A stretch of 43,384 nucleotides of DNA, from positions 62,001 through 105,384 of the forward strand of contig NW_027191502.1 of NCBI RefSeq assembly GCF_011745625.1, written 5' to 3'. Both the position numbers and the translations under genes were made by a program. Below, in pieces: positions 1 to 10,700 of this stretch (position 1 is its first letter; each line of letters opens with the position of its first letter). The notes below the pieces were generated by a model. It had not been told where the DNA came from and made no database searches. It was given only the letters and a program-made list of their open reading frames with translations. Origin of the DNA: Cladosporium halotolerans. Its lineage: Eukaryota.

Positions 1-21
1 AATCCGGAAGGCCTCCCTCAT

Positions 22-442
22 CTAGGACTTGAGCATCTTGTTCCTCTTCTCTCTCCTCCTCAGCCTGTCAACGCGCTTCTGGTGCATCTTGGCAGCCATC
101 TGCTCGTAGCGTTCCCTCTCCTCCTTTGCGGCACGCTTGTCCTTGATGGCCTGGATTTTCCTCTGTGGAAATTGTTAGCAGGTCGTTTCTGAAACGCGCT
201 GCGCAAATGGAACGAACCTGTCTCTCCTCCTCCTTCTCAGCCTTCATCTCCTTCTCCATCTTCTTCACCTCGGCCTCCTGCTTCTGCTTCTCTGCGCGCT
301 TCGCATAGCTCGTGAGACCAGTGCCCGGACGGAAAGGCTTCTTGTTCTCGTGCCAGTTCTTGCCGTTCTTCTTCACGCCGGTGACCTGCGGGATCTTGGC
401 GTGCGGCTGCGCATGGTCGGTGGAAGCGAGTGCAATGGCCAT
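22..442 (-). CDS. CGR1: rRNA-processing protein Cgr1/CgrA (2 exons: 442-218, 162-22)
   Basis: The N-terminus carries the Cgr1-type motif [18 protein letters not shown] followed by a basic coiled coil. Intron 217-163 (GTTCGT..GCTAAC..CAG) restores the frame to [46 protein letters not shown]. Confidence 0.92.
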
Positions 443-561
443 ATCGTCGATTGTGGTCTGATTCCTGCGCAGGGTTATATGGACCGCTAGTGCTGGGGAG
501 TGAAGAGTCGGCGGTGGAGGCAGGGCTCGCTAAACCAGAAAAAGTTCTGGGCCGGGCAAAA

Positions 562-600
562 TTATCAGATCAAACTCATCCCTCCCTGCGGATCAGATAA
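562..600. promoter_or_regulatory. Two SreA-type GATA boxes (ATCWGATAA) in the CGR1/ornithine-carrier divergent promoter
   Basis: TTATCAGAT at 562-570 is the reverse complement of ATCTGATAA, and ATCAGATAA lies at 592-600. A PAC-like GATGAG sits between them on the CGR1 sense strand (575-580). Confidence 0.65.
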
Positions 601-972
601 CGTTGAGGAGCCAGGCTCGGGAACAAGCAGGCTAACTTGGAGCCAAAGGATGCCAAATCGCGGCACGGGCGGCCCTCCGCAGCATGGCGTGCGCTATATT
701 CGTCCTATCGATAACTTTGGTGCAAATTCGCGCAACGCCTGCGCCGATGACTGTGGCACACACCGCAAAGCACGCCGACCGCCGGCCTCCACCTTCACTA
801 ACCTCGCCCAACCCGACCTTCGAGTGGAGACCTTTGGGCTGCGTCACCTTTCACACGCCTGCCATGGTCCCCCGATAGCATCCTGCACGCCGCTCGCTCG
901 CATCGTCCGTTCCTTTTCCACGTCAGAGAATCTTTTCTCCCTCCCATGTAACCAGAAACAAAGCGCCCTATT

Positions 973-2001
973 ATGGACTCGAAGACCTCGCCCTCCTTCG
1001 CCGAGGCCGGCCTAACACAGGCCCAGATCATGTCGCCCAAGAAAGAGACGAAGGAGCACGTCACCTCGCAGAGCGCCGAGGCCGTGAAAGACGTTGCCTT
1101 TGGCAGCGTGGCGGGCATGCTTGGAAAGATCGTCGAATATCCCTTTGACACTGTCAAGGTCCGCTTGCAGTCGCAGCCGGACCACCTGCCGCTCCGATAC
1201 ACTGGCCCATTGGACTGCTTCCGTCAGAGCATACGAAATGACGGTGTAGGAGGACTGTACAGAGGCGTGAGCGCACCGCTTGTGGGCGCTGCTGCGGAGA
1301 CGGCATGCTTGTTCTTCTCCTACAGGGTCGCTCAGGATGTCATCCGCCTCGTCAGTGTACCGAAGGCCACGTCTAAGACCGAGGACAAGCTACCGCTGAG
1401 CCAACTTGTCATGGCAGGTGCCATGTCAGGTGCAATCACTTCTCTCATTTTGACGCCAATCGAACTAGTCAAGTGCCGCATGCAGGTACCTCTGACATCG
1501 TCTATGGACCCGACGCTGAGGAACAGGACCATGGGACCTTTGGCCGTCATAGGAGATGTATACGGAAGAGAAGGACTAGCAGGGTTCTGGAGGGGACAGC
1601 TTGGAACATTGCTTCGTGAAACGGGAGGCGGAGCAGCATGGTTCGGCTGCTACGAGACTTTTTCGCTGTTCTTCAGACAACGGGCGCAGGCCGCCACAGG
1701 CGAAAAAGATCCCTCCTTGCCAATCTGGCAAAGCATGCTTGCCGGCGCAGGAGCAGGATTGGGCTACAACTTCTCTTTCTATCCGGCAGACACGATCAAG
1801 TCGAAGATGCAGACGGGCGAGCTGGCCTCCCTTGGCCCCAACGGAGGGAGGCAGACTTTCATGGACGTCGGCCGTACTCTCTACCGTACGCACGGCTTGA
1901 AGGGGTTGTACCGTGGCTGTGGCATCACCTTACTGAGGAGCGCGCCGAGCTCTGCCCTGATCTTCACGATCTATGAGAGTCTGAGAGCCTACTTCGGCTG
2001 A
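973..2001 (+). CDS. amcA: Mitochondrial carrier, ornithine transporter type (AmcA/Ort1/Arg-13-like)
   Basis: Three carrier signatures are present: PFDTVKVRLQ, PIELVKCRMQ and PADTIKSKMQ. The motifs LPLRYTGPLDCF, GAAAETACLF and RETGGGAAWFG are typical of the ornithine-carrier subfamily. Single exon. Confidence 0.85.
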   Translation: MDSKTSPSFAEAGLTQAQIMSPKKETKEHVTSQSAEAVKDVAFGSVAGMLGKIVEYPFDTVKVRLQSQPDHLPLRYTGPLDCFRQSIRNDGVGGLYRGVSAPLVGAAAETACLFFSYRVAQDVIRLVSVPKATSKTEDKLPLSQLVMAGAMSGAITSLILTPIELVKCRMQVPLTSSMDPTLRNRTMGPLAVIGDVYGREGLAGFWRGQLGTLLRETGGGAAWFGCYETFSLFFRQRAQAATGEKDPSLPIWQSMLAGAGAGLGYNFSFYPADTIKSKMQTGELASLGPNGGRQTFMDVGRTLYRTHGLKGLYRGCGITLLRSAPSSALIFTIYESLRAYFG

Positions 2002-2297
2002 GACTTGATCACTTGATCACAGCGACAGGCCAATGATTGCCTCAAAAGAAAGGATTGCTGCAAGGCATCTTTCACAACGAACGAAACGTTTTTGCTTTTC
2101 TTTGTCTTGCATTTTAGCGAGTTCTGGGCATAGCATGGGAGTTACGGCGCATGGGTAGCTCTACTTGAGCACAGAAGAAGAGGAGGAAGGGAGGGAGGGA
2201 TGAAGCACAAAAGCATAGATCGTTGATACCCGTTGCCAAAATCAAAAGTAAGGATTCTTCTCGTGTAATCGTTTCCAATTCGTTGTCCTTCAGCCTT

Positions 2298-2658
2298 CTA
2301 CTCCCCAATCACGTACGTACAGCCCTCAGGACCCATCCAAACTTCGTGCTTCCTCCCAGCGTCCACATCCAGTCTCCCACCTGGACCAAACGTCTCCTTC
2401 GTGGGCTGAGCGTCGTCGGGGTACGAGACGGTCAACTCGCCACTGAGGATCAAGTGCGTCGTGAGACCGGAATGTTTGTGAGGGGAGTAGTAGGCATTTC
2501 TGCGACGGAAAATTATGGTCAGCGTCGATGTGACCAAGCAATATGATTGTTTCGTAGCACAAATTTGAATATAGGGTTAAAACTCACGCGCCGTCCGTCC
2601 ACGTAAAGACGTGGTTGAATCCCCACGACCTGACCTCAGCTTCTGCGGATTTGCCCAT
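2298..2658 (-). CDS. Small cupin-fold protein (exons 2658-2588, 2499-2298)
   Basis: Spliced product MGKSAEAEVRSWGFNHVFTWTDGA-NAYYSPHKHSGLTTHLILSGEL...LDVDAGRKHEVWMGPEGCTYVIGE shows the cupin PHxH...H motifs. Intron 2587-2500 is GTGAGT..CTGAC..CAG. Confidence 0.85.
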
Positions 2659-3467
2659 TTCCACAATTTTCTTCCTTTCGTCTGGAAAAACTTGTGACGC
2701 TATGCTTGACGTCGTGCAACCGAATACGTTTCTCAACGAAGTCGTGTTTCAGAAGGTCCGTCGGATGGTCAACGGCTATCCGCCCCCGGATCAGAACGAT
2801 GTTTGGAGCAGAGCGGGTGACGTCGCTGAGGGGTCCACCGGCCCAAGCCGCGGCCTGCCACCGCTTCCCCAAAAGTTTGCAGGGCACATTGTCTTCGAGT
2901 AGACATATCAGTCTTGACAGTCGAGAGCGGAGGGTAGCAGCTCAGTGCGCTCCGTGAGAATGATAGGTGTGGTATTTACTAGAGGCTATCTCAGGCTTAC
3001 ATATAAGGTTACTTTGTAATTTTGCCTCAGAATTTGACCGCACCTGCCTGTGGTAGTAACGTACTCGCGAACGAGCCTCGTCAGCCCAGCGTGACTGCAA
3101 ACTTCCGGACAATCCGCGGCCTGCGCGCCATGGAAACTGGGCAGATCCGAAAAACACTCGAAATGATGAGTATTCGCTGGCGCGTTTCGACCAGATAAGG
3201 GGGGCCTGACCCGCGTGGTCGAGCGCTCTCATTTACAGTGAGACGTTCGCGCCGGAACATGTCCCTTCACTGCTCGTGCATTCGTAGCGTTTCCGCAAGT
3301 TTGCCGCTCCTGCCTCGTTTGCGACGCCACGTCTTCAGCTCGAGAGCTACTGCAGGCAGTAGACAGGGCTGATGAGTCGCGTGCCGTAAGACAATTGTCC
3401 TGCTTCTTCTCCGCGGCCATCACCCTGGTTTTCTCAGCACACCTGCCTGAAGTGTGAGCAAAGCATC

Positions 3468-5845
3468 ATGGCGAAAACCGACCCACCCCAATTGTCGCCG
3501 GCAATCGTCGACCGGGCCAAAGCGGCCTTCGAATCCAAGCAAACGGCCACCAGCCAAAGCGGCGACAACAGCAACGAGAGTTTTGACACATTCCTGAAGA
3601 ATCTCACGTCGCCAAATGCTGCGGGTCCAACTCCGATCACAGTTGACACATCCCATCCGCTTTCCAACTATTTCATCTCCAGCTCGCACAACACCTACTT
3701 GACAGGAAACCAACTCTGGAGTAAAAGCAGCACGGACGCCTACAAAGATGTGCTCAAGCGTGGATGCCGCTGCATCGAAATCGACGTTTGGGACGGTGGC
3801 ACGCCGTCCACGTCTGGCGCATCTTCCTCCGACGAAGGTGATGGCCAGGATCCAGAAGTGGGCAAGCTACGAGGGCTGATGCAGAAGGGACTGGGTCGCT
3901 TGAGGTCGAAGAGCAATCCTGCCGAGCAAGAGGCCTCTGCGGAGTCGCCGGTGGCAGAGCAGCCGCCCACAATGCCCACGCCGTGGCGGACGGAGAGTGG
4001 GAGGGCTGAGCCTATGGTGTATCACGGCTACACGGTGACCACCGAGTTGACCTTTCGCAGTGTGGCGGCGGTGGTGCGCGACTACGCTTTTCGGAAGACG
4101 GATTTGCCTCTCATCGTGAGCTTTGAAGTCCACACGAGCCACGCGCAGCAGGAGACGATGGTGGAGATTATCAATGACTATTGGAAGCCATTCCTGGTAC
4201 CTATCCCGGAGGGCTTTGACGAAACGACGCCGTTGCCCCCATTGGAAAGCTTGAGGAAGCGAATCCTCATCAAAGTGAAGTACACCCCACCTGAGAAAGC
4301 GAAGGAATCAAGACTGGATCGAACCCTCTCAAGGACATCTACCAAGGACGACACATCTGGGTCAGAAGACGAGCTGGCCACAGAACCGGCAAAACAGGGA
4401 AAGATCATCGAGTCACTTGGAAAAATGGGCATCTACACTCGCAGCTGCCACTTCGACAGCTTTGAGCAACCCGAAGCGAAAATTCCCACACACATCTTCG
4501 CTCTCTCGGAGAAGAAGCTCCTTGATCTACACGATTCGTCGCCGGACTCGGTCTTCGAGCACAATATCGACTTTCTCATGCGTGCATATCCCAAGGGTAC
4601 AAGGGTGAGGTCCTCAAACTTAGACCCCGCACCTTTTTGGCGCCAGGGTATACAGATGGTAGCGTTGAACTGGCAGCAGCTCAACGCCGCCATCATGATG
4701 AACGAGGCCATGTTTACTGGTACTGGAGGCTGGGTATTGAAGCCGCAAGGATACCGCAGGGTAGAAGGAGCGGTCGGCGATATCAAGAGATGCAACTTCG
4801 ATATGTCTGTCACCGTGCTCGCAGCATCGGGTCTCGCATCGGAGGACGGAAAAGCACCAGATGTAAGTTTAAGCTCGCAGGATCACCTGCCAGCGCACGC
4901 TGATTCAAGGTCCAGGCGTATGTCAAATGCGAGCTCCATGTCGCCAGCCAGGATGAACAAGAAGGCGGCCAGATCCCGAAAGGCGGGAAGAACAAGGGCG
5001 GCGAATGGAAGCGCAAGACTGCAACTCGACGCGGGCGTGACCCCGACTTTCTCGCGGAGACAATGGAGTTCCTCGGGGTCACGGGCGTGGTACCCGAGTT
5101 GAGCTTCATAAGGTACGTCTTGACGGTTCATTTTACTCCAATTGCTCGCTTTTGCGTAATCTTCCTTGAACATGAGACGTTGCATCGATGCGCCAATCCC
5201 GTACTATTGACCTGTAACTCATCTTCTGCGACGGCCTGAGCGTTCTTATCCGACGACCACTCCGGTTGCAGGGTGAGACAGGGCGACTGGTCTCGATTAG
5301 GGTACTGCAGTTGACAGTCTCACCGCCGGACCTTGTGCTCGTTCGCTGTTGGGGCCATATCCGTGACAGGATCACGAGGCTTTCAACTTCTGCGTGCTGC
5401 CGCTCGCGCACAGCACCGGCTGCAGGCATCCGGGATCCAACGCTCTCGCCGCACAGGCATCGGAGGAACTCCAAGGGCCTGTCGGCCGAGTGCGTCGAGG
5501 CGTCTCGGTACTATGTACTATGTACCTGATCGGCGTTGCCGTTGCGTGGCAACGTTCGCCCCTGTCGGCAGTGATGCGCTGCTGAACTATACCGAGCCAT
5601 GCCATTTGATTTGCCGACAGCCTTATGAGCGTGAAAGCACCGTTGACCTCAGCTGACAAATGCATCTGGAATCCAGGTTCAAGGTTATGGACGACGACGC
5701 ATTCCAGAAGGACCGCATGGTTGCCTGGGCTTGCTTCCGATTCGATCGCTTCTCACAAGGTTTACAGCTCTTGAGACTGCATGGGATTGACGGGAAGCCT
5801 ACGGGAGGCTTGCTGCTGGTCAGCTCGAAGATAGCGTACAAATGA
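3468..5845 (+). CDS. Phosphoinositide-specific phospholipase C with X, Y and C2 domains (exons 3468-4862, 4916-5112, 5677-5845)
   Basis: X box: [33 protein letters not shown] box: [29 protein letters not shown]. The C2 domain is completed across introns 4863-4915 and 5113-5676 (…[30 protein letters not shown]…). No obvious N-terminal PH/EF region. Confidence 0.9.
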
Positions 5846-7749
5846 CCTGAGCCATTGCGCAGCACACGCGATCCGTTTCCATACTTCCCTCTCTCATGCA
5901 CTCGGCACTGAAGATAAAGTGGGTCTCGTTTGATTGGTGTAGGAAGGTACCAGCGACCTGGAATCCGTCCCACCGCGCCCGGATTTGCTGGGCGGTCCTG
6001 TAGCACTTGGACCCTAGATCTCAAGGTGCTTGTTTCAGCGCGATCCCGGGCGCCATTCGCAGGGTGTTTTGATGGAGCGAGGAAATCTGACAGTCGACAG
6101 CTGCAGCCACCATGCAACAACCCTCACCGACTTGCTTAGGGTTCTGCCACTGTCAATGGCCGTTGCCCACAGGCCAGGTGAACATGCGAGTCAACACGAG
6201 CAGCGTATCGGAGCTGAGTCTCCAAACGGAAATCACAAGCAAAGGCAGCACGGAGGCGAATGTGATGCGGTGCGTTTTGATTCAGTGCACAAAGAAAGTC
6301 GATGGGACGTCGAGAGGTGAGGTTGTGATCCGAGCGCGTGCCCGGGCCTCGACCGCACACTGCAGCGGCGAGCGATCCCTCGAGTCGGACTCGTCGATAG
6401 GATTGCGTAAGGTTTGATTCAGCTCAGACAGGCCCTCTGCGCTATAAAGCTTCTGCTGCAGGCGGTCTGTGAGAGGTTTGTAAGGGCTGCGCCATTGGAG
6501 CGTGCCCAGCTTCGCATTTCGACGCTCTTGCAGGGCTCTTGCAGGCGCGGCACCGGCAGAGAGGCACACCCCGGTCGTGTCTGGTTTGCGGCTGTCGCTG
6601 ACCCCCGCCAAGAGCGGAACTACAGTCTTTCTGATCTGATACGTCACAAAGTCTAGGATACAAAGGCACCAGCTCGTACCCGTCTTCCCTCCAAGCAGAG
6701 CCAGGGCTGTGTCGAAACATGATTGATTGAGTTCTCGACCGGCCCAAGATCATCGGCTCACAAGTTTGACGCACCTACTGTATACCTACCCGGCAATGCG
6801 GCTAGCAGCAGCCGCAGTGTCACCTGAGTTTCCATGTACGAGTCCCGGGAGCCGTACCTGTGCAGCCCGTGGCGGCTCCTTGCTCCCACGACGCGCATGC
6901 TCAAGACCAATGCTACTGTGATGTGCATCGTCAGAACGAGCCGGCGTCTATTTGTTGCGACGGCTCAATCAGGTAAGCACTCGAGCCCCGGCGACAGGTC
7001 CCTGCGGCGCCTACGACTCGCTAGCCCCCCTAACCCACATGGCACGCCCGCCTGCGTAGCGCAGCTGGAATATCCGTGCGCGCCTGCTTGCGATCGCTCA
7101 CGCAAACGCCGTGTTGTACCCGGTACAGGTCAGTCTGCGTCTTCGAACAGATTTGGCCCTGCCGCGGGCTCCTCGGTGGCGGCCTCGACCCGTTGCATCC
7201 GTCCCTTACGCGGCGGGTCTGCCGGTCGCCTAAGGTAGGGTTGCAGGCGCCGTCGAGTCTGTCGGGTGCGACCTCTCTGCTGCCCGGCGGCTTGTGCAGT
7301 ACGTTGGTTTACACTGGTGGCCTGCGAGAGAAAACGGCGGCACCTTCCGGACGGGCCCGGAGGGCCCTTCGCGCTATCACAACTCTCCCATGCTTCGCCG
7401 ATGGGATAGGTCACTAACCAAGTCCCCGGGATGGGTACCCGCAGTACCGCAGGTGATGAAAGACCACGGACCCTGCCTTCCAGGCAATTAAGGGTCTGAG
7501 AGCATGTTCTGAACGTCTGCCATCTTTCTATAAGTATGTTTATGGTTCTTCTCAATTTGAATCTTTCGTTCAGCACAACAACTTCACCTCCCATTCTCAA
7601 ACCTTTGAACTCTGATTCGATCATTGGATTCTCTTTGCGACCTTGACTTGATCATTGACTGCCTCAAGAAGATCCGTCGCAACCACTCTTCAGTCTTCGG
7701 AATCACATTGCAATATCAAGCGAAGACGGATCCTTCCCGCTCCACAACC

Positions 7750-8056
7750 ATGACTTATAACAACGCACGCCGCATCGAGACTCTTCGTCGTCTGGGCGTT
7801 GAGCAACTGCCCGTCCTGTCAGTTGAACAGCCATACGAGGACATGTGTCTCCCGCCCCAAGGTGACCTTACTCTGCGTGAGCTGCCTCTTCGTGCTGTCC
7901 CGGTGAGACGACAATGACGCCCACACAACCTCTCTAGCGTACTGACAACAATCCCAGGTGCCCGGTCACAGATGCCCCGGTTGCCTTTCGCGCGGCCAGA
8001 CTATCTGGGTGATCCCAGGCAAACGCTGCCCGCAATGTGGCACCGAAGTCAACTAA
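7750..8056 (+). CDS. 83-aa putative zinc-ribbon microprotein (exons 7750-7902, 7958-8056)
   Basis: ATG in ACAACCATG context. A canonical 55-nt phase-0 intron (GTGAGA..ACTGAC..CAG) joins exon 1 to VPGHRCPGCLSRGQTIWVIPGKRCPQCGTEVN*, which contains CxxC-x14-CxxC. Confidence 0.75.
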
Positions 8057-8449
8057 AATACCACGGTGAGTGACAATCACATTCAACACACCGGGCTCGA
8101 GTCTTTGGCTAAAGTTTCACTCTTTAGCTTTTCGGACCCCGGGTCACGGCACGTGGCCATGATTTCGGCCTGACCTAGGCCATTCGCAGCGAAATGATCA
8201 ATCGTCACACACGCGAATTAGCAAAATGCGCTCACTTCACAAGCCGGCGTCGGAGTTCAGCTTCTCCTTTTGGATTTATTGACAGCAAACGTCAGTTTTG
8301 ACTTTCGACCAGTGTGAGAGCCCAAAAGGTATTCCCAGTGGCTTGGGGCCAAGGTTCTGGACAGACGACGGTAGAATCCGCGGGGAAGGAGTATGGCAAC
8401 ATTCGGCGCCCTTCGTTCGTCCTTGAGGTTTATTTCCTTTCTCTTTTCC

Positions 8450-10700
8450 GCCACTCGACATCGATACCCTATTGCAGCATTCGGTCGCACTCTGCCGAGC
8501 AGTTTCGTAGCGCTTGCAATTTAGCAATTTCAATTCTTACTCCCAACCCGACCACGTCACCAACCACACTGCCTCATTCCTTGCGTTTCTCAGCGTTCGA
8601 AATGACGTCCTTGCATAATCTATCACATGGCGTCAAACCCTAATATGTGCGTTCTAGCGCGCGCGGAGGTCAAGTCCGAAGGATTTCTCACGGCTCTCGC
8701 GCGTTCCGGGCAGAAGCACTTAGGCGAGAGGCACGCCCGCACTACGCCGTTCTGTGGCTTTTTCTACTGTGAGCCGCCTCTCTGGTGGTGCTCGGCTTGC
8801 TCTCTGAGTTTCTCACCACGTGGGGGGGCGTCCGGCTTGTGCCGGGCTTGCTGGAGAGAGCTGCCTTTCAGCCACCACGATCTTCCGCGAGCGGTGTGAT
8901 TCTGGACCGTCGGCGTTTGCCGTTTCGTATTTCTCGGAATCAGAGTCGCAGTGGCAATGGAGAAAGTACGTCAGGGCAAAATCCCAGGCTTGGGATTAAG
9001 GAGACCGCGTGGATGGAGGCGAGCGCAGAGGCCGCCTATGAGGCCGGGCGATGATGAAGGAGACGGTGGAGCGATGTGCTGGCAGACCCCCGAATCTTGG
9101 CTTTTACTTTTGTGCTAGAAAGCTCGTCCTTTGGGGTGCCCCGCCGCATAGCGGCCATCTGTGCGTCAGCGTTCAAACGTTACATCGCATTGTTTAGTGA
9201 GGTCGCGAACAAGTCCGACAAGATACCAAGTCATGATGGGGTCAGCGGCCCGACACTGTGGTCGAGGCTGTGGGCGATCATGATGTCTGGATTGGCGAGG
9301 GCCCGTGCGTCCTGTCCACGGAGTTGGGTCAGGCTCGAACTCAATCGTCACTTCGGTACTTCTTGGGCACCTTGGTGGCCCTCCTGGACAGCAATACAAA
9401 AACCTTGTCACACGCATTGCTGCAGCCTGCAAGCTTCTCAAAATCGCTAATTCACCAACCAGTAGCCTTTTTCACCAGACAGCGGTCAGGCTGGTCCGAA
9501 TCTTCGCGCCTGCAAGCCGTCGTCATGACATCTTCACCCGTCCGCTAGCGCGCACGCACCGTAACGTCTCCCAGAATCTCCCTTCTAGCGTGGCCATCGC
9601 GTGGTCTGTCTGACCGGGCAGACCCAAGACACCGGACTTGCTCGCGCGATCATCGCTCTACACACGGCCTTCTCCAATGCTACAACACATGCTGCGGGCA
9701 AAATTCAAGCCAATTGTCAACAATTGGGACCCGAGATCGATCTGCAGTCGGCCCTTGGATGCGCCGAGCCGTCCGCCATACCCGCGTGGCAATCGTGTGC
9801 CGCAGCTTTTAGTCTGCGTTGACTCGAACTGGCAGTTCGTATCATAGACTTCGTCGTACGAGGTCGAACTCTGCGTGTGATACTGGAGCTTCGCAAGCAG
9901 CGGTCGGCCCTATTCTGAGGTCTTCATTCGCAGTTGATGCCCAACCGTCATTGAGACCGGATGCAGTGGTGATGAGTTCATCACGGACTCGCCAAAGCTC
10001 AGAATGATGATCCCCAGACGAGACCATGCTGAGCTTGGAGGAGAACCCCGCAGTAAATGACAGCTGAACAAGCTTTAAATAAAGCGTCAAGCCCTCGATG
10101 CTGCAGCTCGGCAATCAAGACAATGTTTAGAGATGACTATGCCGGATGGTGACCAAACTTTGCAGGCAAACGCAACACATTTGGGACCTTTGACCGCCGA
10201 AGCTTCGTTACTTCTTTGGCTTATTGCCCTGCAGTCTGGCTTACGTCCAGAGCACACCTAGCAATCAGGCACCTACTCATGACGCCCCGGGCTTGACTTT
10301 GTTGCCAGCCATCACCATGACCTACTACGAAAACCACCCGAATAATTTTTGCGGAAAGCTCCTTGTAGGAAGCATAGGAGAGCAGGCCCTGGCAAAAATC
10401 GATCTCCTTTCGATTCCTGTCTCCGTGTCATATGCTGGAGTCTTTGCACGCTTCAGCGCATTGGGGCAATCGTTGAGCCGCCAAACGACCATGTCTTTCT
10501 CACGAAACAGTCAATGCAACTGGAATCTGCCGTGATCTAGGCAGAAATCATGGACCAATATCACGCAGCGTATTCTCACCGCATGCTTTATTGAAGCATC
10601 GTGAGCGAGCATGGGGTTCTTTATACTACCCCAAGACGTGAAACTTACATTTGCTCCATTGGATAGAGTCTTCGAGGCAATTCCGCCTGGGGCGATGGTA
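8450..10700 (+). ncRNA. TER: Candidate telomerase RNA (TER); both ends approximate
   Basis: Helix TGACGTC(8603-8609)/GGCGTCA(8629-8635) lies immediately 5' of the template AACCCTAA (8636-8643). A structured arm follows, then a candidate pseudoknot (9085-9409). The CR4/5-like junction at 10561-10641 has a P6 hairpin (10575-10605) and P6.1 GAGC-ATGGG-GTTC (10607-10619). No credible ORF in the interval. Confidence 0.62.

Noticed and set aside
6282..6647. 121-aa minus-strand ORF and neighbours between PLC and the microprotein
   Set aside because: No ATG start, no recognisable motif and no convincing splice model.
6136..7037. Other telomere-like words (TTAGGGTT at 6136, CCCTAACCC near 7028)
   Set aside because: These are single short matches expected by chance, and I noticed no abutting boundary helix or downstream TER elements for them.
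10344..10352. AATTTTTG as the terminal Sm site of the TER candidate
   Set aside because: It lies upstream of the CR4/5-like element, is not followed by a donor site, and can pair with GCAAAAAT (10392-10399).
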